Virus record (IMG/VR): IMGVR_UViG_3300013014_000040
Coordinates: 1 to 52,757 of that record
Source of the DNA: a virus
Lineage: Duplodnaviria; Caudoviricetes
DNA length: 52,757 nucleotides
Strand: one strand, 5' to 3'
Shown in pieces: positions 47,221 through 52,757 of this stretch (positions are counted from its first letter, which is position 1; each line of letters begins with the position of its first letter). A program made the position numbers and the translations under genes. The notes beneath the pieces were generated by a model. It searched no databases. It was not told the origin of the DNA and was given only the letters and a program-made list of their open reading frames with translations.

Positions 47221-47528
47221 ATGTCACCTCCTTTTATGCGTTCTTCCCATTCTGATGGTACCCATACCATCATGGTTAAGGTTGGGTCTTCTTCGCTGCG
47301 AAAAAGCTTGCAATAGCATGTCATACCCCAATTGGCATCATGGTAATGCTGAAATATCTTGGTGACGCCTGTAGCTGGATTATGTACCCGTAATGCTGGA
47401 ATATCCTCGCCCATGTGCTGTGGTGCTCCTGCACCGTACAACATCCAGGCATTGACATGGAAATGGTATTCAGCAGCATTCCAACGCCAATACTTGTTAA
47501 ACTGTTCACTTAGAAAAACTGTCATCAT
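47217..47528 (-). CDS. paralog-array protein 2
   Basis: WRWNAAEYHFHV...LRVHNPATGVTKIF...TMMVWV; start 47528 (ATGA overlap). Confidence 0.75.
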   Translation of the reverse strand: MMTVFLSEQFNKYWRWNAAEYHFHVNAWMLYGAGAPQHMGEDIPALRVHNPATGVTKIFQHYHDANWGMTCYCKLFRSEEDPTLTMMVWVPSEWEERIKGGDI

Positions 47529-47854
47529 ATGCTTATGCTCCTTTGTTTTTTTAGATTCTGAAGTAGCTCCCTGTTCTTCCAAATAACCATTGGTATGTTA
47601 AGGATACCCTTTTCCAGGTCCTCGGCCGCATACTTCATGCTATAGGTTCCGCGCCAGGTTTGCCGAAATACAATGGAGCCCTTAGTTTCTTCATTAATGG
47701 CTCGGATGGGGGTAGTCAGGTTATCCCAATGATAGGTACCGTGATCTCCGAATAAGAGCTCTAAGCATATATGTAATTCATCTGTAACCCATACCCAATC
47801 CTTATCACGATTGAAGCTCGATAGGTATGCGCGCAATAAACGTTCTTCTGTCAT
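47525..47854 (-). CDS. paralog-array protein 1
   Basis: WVWVTDELHI...IRAINEETKGSIVF...PMVIWK. Confidence 0.75.
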   Translation of the reverse strand: MTEERLLRAYLSSFNRDKDWVWVTDELHICLELLFGDHGTYHWDNLTTPIRAINEETKGSIVFRQTWRGTYSMKYAAEDLEKGILNIPMVIWKNRELLQNLKKQRSISI

Positions 47855-48045
47855 TGTTTGCTAGTTTTGATTCTTGTTCATTTATATATAGACCCTCTTG
47901 GGAGGGTTGGGCTTTAGCCCAAATCCTTTCAGACCGGCGGCTATAGCAAAAAAAAATATGTTCACGATAAAAATGGGTTAAGCACCCACCAAAGCACCGG
48001 TATTCCTGGGTATGTTAAGGATAACCGGTATATCCCCCTATATAT

Positions 48046-48101
48046 GGGGCTTTTAGGGCTATATAGGGCATTATGGGCGGTTATAGGTGGTTATGGGTGG
48101 G
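48046..48101 (+). other. G-tract array with ~10-bp period (G-quadruplex-forming consensus)
   Basis: GGGG-N6-GGG-N7-GGG-N6-GGG plus further GG/GGG runs, in non-coding DNA. Confidence 0.55.
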
Positions 48102-48106
48102 TATGG

Positions 48107-48547
48107 CTAGGTATGTTCGGTTGGCATTGGTATACACCGGTTAGGGTGTGCTTTCAGGTAATCCTTTAAAACATCTCGCCAATACCTTTCCATTGCCCTT
48201 GCTGCTACCTCTAAGGGGTTACGCTGATATCCAAAGCGGGTATCGGTGCGCGCATATAACCGCTTGATAGGCTGTCGGCTATGCGTATACTCATGCAGGA
48301 TGGTCTTAAGGTATTCCTGGATATGGCTAGCCTGCTTCGTGTTAATATATATAAGGTTCTCATCTTCATCATAGTAGCCGAGGGTAAATGCATCTGGGCT
48401 CCATGTTCTGGGTCTTATATGTTTAACATCAATTGCATACTCATGAACGCGCTTACCGAAGTATGTATTGCACCAGGCTAGCGTATAGTTCTTTAAATGC
48501 TTTAGTTGGCTAGCTTTAAGATCTGCTATCTGCGTATCGCCGTTCAT
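48107..48547 (-). CDS. zincin metallopeptidase-like protein (HExxH)
   Basis: LGYYD....IYIN, TILHEYTHSRQ, YQRNPLEVAA. Confidence 0.8.
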   Translation of the reverse strand: MNGDTQIADLKASQLKHLKNYTLAWCNTYFGKRVHEYAIDVKHIRPRTWSPDAFTLGYYDEDENLIYINTKQASHIQEYLKTILHEYTHSRQPIKRLYARTDTRFGYQRNPLEVAARAMERYWRDVLKDYLKAHPNRCIPMPTEHT

Positions 48548-48642
48548 ATTATCAGATTCAATAGCGCCAACGTTCCTACTAGTCCTAATATCCAGGCCAA
48601 CATCTCTACGGCCATCTTCTTGCTTATTATATACTTACTCAT
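48544..48642 (-). CDS. small membrane peptide (32 aa)
   Basis: MSKYIISKKMAVEMLAWILGLVGTLALLNLII*; ATGA overlaps at both ends. Confidence 0.55.
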   Translation of the reverse strand: MSKYIISKKMAVEMLAWILGLVGTLALLNLII

Positions 48643-48785
48643 TTCTTTATGTTATGTGCAGCTCCTGCTATTAATTCTTTCATTGCTTCCGTACCTAACC
48701 AGCATAGACCTACTAGGCATGCTATAAACGCTAACGGTACCATCGCGCGTAGTAAAAAGGGGGTGTCTCTATTCATATTAAACAT
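48639..48785 (-). CDS. small membrane peptide (48 aa)
   Basis: ...AMVPLAFIACLVGLCWLG...; fills the gap, ATGA overlap. Confidence 0.55.
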   Translation of the reverse strand: MFNMNRDTPFLLRAMVPLAFIACLVGLCWLGTEAMKELIAGAAHNIKK

Positions 48786-48789
48786 TGTA

Positions 48790-49122
48790 TTACTTATTTG
48801 CTGGTGTTACTCGGTACATAAAGCTTGGCTTAAGGCCCATTCTACGGCTGAAATGCGCTACTACGGTATAACCAAATAGCTCTTTTAACTTAGGAGCCAT
48901 GCCGTTAATTAACTTATAGGCATCATAAGCCTTACCATAATCATTTAGGTTCAGCTCATAGTACTTATAGCGCCATGCATTACGACGGGTACCGCGGCCT
49001 TGCATACCTACATACCAATGATACTCTTCGCTTATCTTGCGTTTGGTCCGGATCGATCCTATTTCTTTCTTAACAACGGCCCGTATATAAGCCGCAACTT
49101 CCTGGGTGGTTTTCTTTGTCAT
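48790..49122 (-). CDS. basic hypothetical protein
   Basis: 110-aa ORF. Confidence 0.7.
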   Translation of the reverse strand: MTKKTTQEVAAYIRAVVKKEIGSIRTKRKISEEYHWYVGMQGRGTRRNAWRYKYYELNLNDYGKAYDAYKLINGMAPKLKELFGYTVVAHFSRRMGLKPSFMYRVTPANK

Positions 49123-49141
49123 ATGACTTATTTTTTATATA

Positions 49142-49300
49142 TTAGTATCTAGATACCTTACTACGTAATGACCTCTTAGCCAGAACCTTGTCTCGGCCTC
49201 TTTGTTGGGCTTCGGTTTCTGATAGACGCTCTACGGTCAAAGCAAAATCATAGGCCATTCTAAATAAGACGCGCTCAGCGCCGGTGTACTCTGTACTCAT
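49142..49300 (-). CDS. small hypothetical protein (52 aa, not in ORF track)
   Basis: MSTEYTGAERVLFRMAYDF...KVSRY*; fills the gap. Confidence 0.6.
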   Translation of the reverse strand: MSTEYTGAERVLFRMAYDFALTVERLSETEAQQRGRDKVLAKRSLRSKVSRY

Positions 49301-49319
49301 ATATACTAGTTGTTTGTAA

Positions 49320-49730
49320 TTACTTGTTCATTACATAGGCCTTATCTGCCCACGTCTTGCTATTAACGGCCTTATATTGCGCCATACTATACAGGCCTGT
49401 ATTGCTAAGGTCCTGGTTGATATCTCCAATCACCATATCCTTTAACAAGACATCCATAGCCCAAACCTTCTTACCCATTCTAGCATATACCGTTAAGGCC
49501 GACTCTGTTAAAGGGCTAATGAAAGCAATACTTGCAATAGCTTTGGCCTTATATCCGCGGAAGGCTTGGATCGGTGAATCACATTGGACTTCCGATGATA
49601 CCATGAACCCAGCCTTACACTTGGTAATCACTCGATAGGTACCTTTACCAAAGAAGCCTTCTGCTCCAGATGCGGTCATCACATTCAATTCCTTACGGGG
49701 AACTACAACTAAATCTTTAATCATTCTCAT
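49320..49730 (-). CDS. hypothetical protein
   Basis: ORF track 49320..49784; ATG 49730 preferred. Confidence 0.72.
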   Translation of the reverse strand: MRMIKDLVVVPRKELNVMTASGAEGFFGKGTYRVITKCKAGFMVSSEVQCDSPIQAFRGYKAKAIASIAFISPLTESALTVYARMGKKVWAMDVLLKDMVIGDINQDLSNTGLYSMAQYKAVNSKTWADKAYVMNK

Positions 49731-49807
49731 TTCTATAGGGGTTAAAATTATAAACATCGGACGCTCAATACCTACGCTGCACAATTGCAGGGGCTACTAA
49801 GAACGGA

Positions 49808-50059
49808 TTAGGCCGTTACCTTAGCCGTTAACGGCACCCACTTTCCATCCACAATCTTATGGGGAATACCATCTCTCATGATATACTTGGGATAAGTCGG
49901 GGTCAAATTCTGAACCAAACCATTGTTACGGTTGAACTTTTGTGGACGTCCTGGGCGAACCTTTTCCGTCAAAGCCTTAAGCTCCTTAGCAGCCTGGATG
50001 GGCGATAAAAGGTCAACAATCTTTTTACTAGGGCTAAAATTCATTCTCTTGTTCTTCAT
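49808..50059 (-). CDS. basic hypothetical protein (PGRP AT-hook-like motif)
   Basis: 83 aa; AAGGA RBS; promoter upstream. Confidence 0.72.
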   Translation of the reverse strand: MKNKRMNFSPSKKIVDLLSPIQAAKELKALTEKVRPGRPQKFNRNNGLVQNLTPTYPKYIMRDGIPHKIVDGKWVPLTAKVTA

Positions 50060-50078
50060 ATCCTTTTTATTTATATAA

Positions 50079-50110
50079 TAAAGATAAGGACATTATTCCC
50101 AAAAACCTAA
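50079..50110 (-). promoter_or_regulatory. putative host-RNAP promoter TTAGG-N16-CCTTATCTTTA
   Basis: Shares AATGTCCTTATCTTTA with the copy at 34.7 kb. Confidence 0.65.
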
Positions 50111-50145
50111 GGAAATGTTGAAAATGTTTGCTAAATGTTGCCTTG

Positions 50146-50195
50146 TAACCTATTGATACACAATGACTTATAACCACTTGATAATCAATATGTTA
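50146..50195. repeat. two abutting 25-bp imperfect palindromes TAA-N4-TTG-N5-CAA-N4-TTA
   Basis: TAACCTATTGATACACAATGACTTA / TAACCACTTGATAATCAATATGTTA. Confidence 0.7.
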
Positions 50196-50727
50196 GGATC
50201 GATCCAGGGAGACGAAGTCTTTATATAAAAAATTTTTTTCTTCGAGAAAAAGTTGTTACACTTCCAACCACATTCCCCAATATACCATAACCGATGCATG
50301 ATTGGAGCGTCTTCATCTTCATTAAGGGAAAACTATTAAGGCGTACACCTTATTAGAACACGTTAATTGTAGGATCTGGATACGATTATATCTTGTTCTA
50401 GGGATCCTTTGGGCGCCTTTTAACGTTCTCTTATACGGTCTTTATTCGGTCGGCCTAGGGAGCACTTCTGAACGAAGCAATCCTAGCTTAAAGAAGCAAG
50501 GACCAGAGAAAAAACCACTAAACCCTGATCCTTGCTGTATTGCATATTGTTCTATATGCTATAACTCTTTCTTTATTATCTTTCGTATCTTATCTACTAG
50601 TACTACTATGGCTATTAGTATAGCAATTACTGCGCTGGTATAAAGAGTTACCCATGATATTGCTATCTTCTGGATTAGCATGCTTATCATACTCATCTTT
50701 ATTCTTATTAGGGAGGCCGTAACTTCG

Positions 50728-51117
50728 TTACAGCGCTACCGTTAGGATCTCTCGGATCACAATTTCATCTGCCGGATAATCTCCCTTAAGGAGCTTGGCT
50801 ACCGTGTAGTCAATGCTAACTCCCGATTTCTTTTGGATCCAAAACTCTTCAAGGAATTCTGATGAGGTAATGTCACCGATTGCATTTCGTGTTACTCGGA
50901 ACACTGCTACTTTTACTTGCTGATTCTTATTCATTTGATTTATTTGATTACTATTATTACTATTAGTTAAGGTTGAACCTCTGTGGATATGTACATCCGT
51001 AAGGAAGTTGGCCACCGGTATAGTGGCATTCGGTTGGAAGCTAAAACTACCATCGGTAGTGATGACCCGCTGGTCCAATAACACACACCCTTCTGAATTC
51101 ATTGTTACTGTATTCAT
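50728..51117 (-). CDS. hypothetical protein
   Basis: ORF track 50728..51153; start uncertain (51117 or 50934). Confidence 0.6.
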   Translation of the reverse strand: MNTVTMNSEGCVLLDQRVITTDGSFSFQPNATIPVANFLTDVHIHRGSTLTNSNNSNQINQMNKNQQVKVAVFRVTRNAIGDITSSEFLEEFWIQKKSGVSIDYTVAKLLKGDYPADEIVIREILTVAL

Positions 51118-51213
51118 ATTACTTCTTTTGTTTGTGGTCTCGATCAAATACAATTAAGCCAATGACTAGCAATGACCATATCATGAAAAGACCCGTTTCT
51201 ATTACGCCGTGCA

Positions 51214-51963
51214 TTATTTCTTATATGCTTCTGCTCCTTCGCGGATCAATTCTTTAACATAAGCTGCATATCGCATACTCCGTACGATCCCTATACTGAT
51301 CATTATGAAATAGGCTAAGCCTAATGCCCCAAATAGGATCGCCCAATACCCATTACCGATTCGGGCTTCTAAACATGTAATGAGCCATAACAAGAATGCC
51401 TTCTCATAAGCAAGGATACCGGATCCGAAGGCTTTGATTCTATCCCAAAAGGTAGTCTTGCGAGCACCAATAGCTGCATTCATGCTTTCTAACTTCTCTA
51501 ATAAGGCATCCCAATCAACTCCCGAATCACCATCCGCACATGCATCCGTACATCCACAATCTGAATAGCCGCAGGTGGCATTATCCTTTTCCGCATACTT
51601 GGCTTTAACCATTTCACTGCTAATGCGCATTGCATTCTCAATTGACTCTCGGGTCTTGATATGATCAACCTTTTGACCGTTAACCGTAGTAACAATCTTT
51701 GATTCCGTGTCACCTGAAGCTTGAAACTTTGGAAGACCTAATTGGTCATTCTCCGGATGGCCATATGCACGCTTGCCGCGCGGCTTTCTTGGCTTGGCCG
51801 TAGGCGTATCTGAAGCCGCAGGCGAAGATAAAGACGAGCCTTGCTCGGCTTTAACCACATCATCGTTAGCCACAACGGCCTTTGGTTTGCGTTTCTTATA
51901 ATAACGTTTCTTCTTTCCTTCGCCGGCACTCATCGTCGGCTTCTTTTCATTTTGATTTTCCAT
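51214..51963 (-). CDS. membrane protein with basic disordered N-terminus and small Cys cluster
   Basis: 249 aa; KKKRYYKKRKPK; CGYSDCGCTDAC; C-terminal TM helices. Confidence 0.75.
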   Translation of the reverse strand: MENQNEKKPTMSAGEGKKKRYYKKRKPKAVVANDDVVKAEQGSSLSSPAASDTPTAKPRKPRGKRAYGHPENDQLGLPKFQASGDTESKIVTTVNGQKVDHIKTRESIENAMRISSEMVKAKYAEKDNATCGYSDCGCTDACADGDSGVDWDALLEKLESMNAAIGARKTTFWDRIKAFGSGILAYEKAFLLWLITCLEARIGNGYWAILFGALGLAYFIMISIGIVRSMRYAAYVKELIREGAEAYKK

Positions 51964-51986
51964 AACTGGTTCTTTATTGTTTAGGT

Positions 51987-52232
51987 TTATACGTTTTCAT
52001 TTTCTGGGAATCGGCCTGGCTTGATAAGCTCCTTGGCACATGCTCGAACGGCTAACCATTCTTCGTATGTTAATGCCAGGCTTCTTTTTTCTTTACCTAC
52101 TTTGATTTCGATATCGATTCCTTGACCGTTACTCCATTCGGTAACTTCAGCAGTGCCTTTAGGCAAATCATAATTGCTCATGAACACTGCATAGACACTT
52201 GGCCTAGTAGTTGTTTTAGCTCTAATTTCCAT
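51987..52232 (-). CDS. hypothetical protein (EVTEWSNGQGIDI motif)
   Basis: ORF track 51987..52268; ATG 52232 preferred. Confidence 0.72.
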   Translation of the reverse strand: MEIRAKTTTRPSVYAVFMSNYDLPKGTAEVTEWSNGQGIDIEIKVGKEKRSLALTYEEWLAVRACAKELIKPGRFPENENV

Positions 52233-52452
52233 TCTTTCTTTTCTTATTAGGGTTAGTTGATACATCAAAACTCAAGGTATACATTTCCTGCTCCATCTTC
52301 GGACCGGATGTATACTTTTGGATCTTGTATTTATTTCTTATCTCTCCTAACTTGCTATCTACTTGATTAGCCTTTATACCGTGAAAGGATAAGGTTGTTA
52401 CCTGACGATTAAGAATGGTAACTGGTTCAATGTGTACTGATAAACGATACAT
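52222..52452 (-). CDS. hypothetical protein
   Basis: 76-aa ORF. Confidence 0.7.
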   Translation of the reverse strand: MYRLSVHIEPVTILNRQVTTLSFHGIKANQVDSKLGEIRNKYKIQKYTSGPKMEQEMYTLSFDVSTNPNKKRKNGN

Positions 52453-52464
52453 AACTTTTATTTT

Positions 52465-52683
52465 TTATTGTTGGTTGTTATTTCTTGATATTCCTATTCC
52501 AATATTACTCATGACCAATAACGCCCATACGGCAATGGATGACCAGAAGTTAAATTGTATATTGGATCCTAATGCATTCAATGACCATATGATAACATAT
52601 GGTATGCCCATTGCTACTAGCACTGTTAATACTATTGCTAATGTCATTGCACCCGGTTCGGTTGGATCTATATTTACTTTCAT
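52465..52683 (-). CDS. small two-TM membrane protein
   Basis: 72 aa; IIWSLNAL motif between hydrophobic helices. Confidence 0.72.
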   Translation of the reverse strand: MKVNIDPTEPGAMTLAIVLTVLVAMGIPYVIIWSLNALGSNIQFNFWSSIAVWALLVMSNIGIGISRNNNQQ

Positions 52684-52757
52684 TTCTTTTTACCTTTAAG
52701 GATACGATATATACCGTAACCATTTAATAATATTATTGTTCCACTCAAAGCTAAATG

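Noticed and set aside
47592-48023. 15-bp direct repeat GGTATGTTAAGGATA (47592-47606 and 48009-48023) as att sites or target duplication
   Set aside because: Only two copies, one inside a coding region, and no recombinase or transposase nearby. Noted but not interpretable.
50196-50727. tRNA or known ncRNA in the large gap; 35-aa ORF 50589..50696
   Set aside because: No cloverleaf or T-loop consensus found by eye, and the short ORF lacks support. tRNAscan-SE/Infernal would be needed to exclude RNAs formally.
286-52699. All plus-strand ORFs in the track (e.g. 21939..22379, 26991..27413, 39860..40258)
   Set aside because: They lie antisense to well-supported minus-strand genes, lack recognisable motifs, and read like antisense shadows.
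1-52757. Stop-codon reassignment
   Set aside because: Long conserved genes are intact in code 11, and TAA, TAG and TGA all end genes at sensible junctions.

Overview
A 52.8-kb segment of a large, AT-rich, tailed dsDNA (jumbo, T4-like myovirus-type) bacteriophage genome. Essentially all credible genes are on the minus strand and use the standard code. The host is probably in Bacteroidota; this is inferred from DUF4494-like and Hc1-like genes and TTTG/TTAG-N20-TAnnTT promoters. In transcription order (right to left) the window has four parts. (i) ~45.9-52.7 kb: a GC-richer region of small, probably early genes, with five tandem divergent paralogs, a HExxH metallopeptidase, several tiny membrane peptides and two structured non-coding gaps. 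(ii) ~39.4-45.4 kb: unrelated proteins sharing N-terminal leaders (MNSKQLxQIIREE..L.E or MKLKNLLKE), repeated at the DNA level, plus a holin-like and an L,D-transpeptidase-like gene. (iii) ~29-39 kb: accessory and regulatory genes (Hc1-like, DUF4494-like, SAM methyltransferase, UvsE, ClpP, HD hydrolase, gp55-like sigma factor). (iv) 0-29 kb: a baseplate/tail module (gp5-, gp25-, gp6-, gpI/gp7-like, LamG, tail fibre) interrupted by T7-like endonuclease I, primase and a single-chain Mre11-Rad50 (SbcD-SbcC) fusion, ending with a nucleotidyltransferase/ligase-like fusion. Two promoter classes are visible: ATATTTAT(A/T) (13 copies) and TTAG/TTTG/CTTG-N20-TAnnTT (7 copies). The best candidate for an undescribed system is the leader-tagged cassette array, in which swappable cargo is fused to a constant, probably capsid-targeting leader ending in L-x-E. 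All product calls come from motif recognition by eye; no database searches were run.
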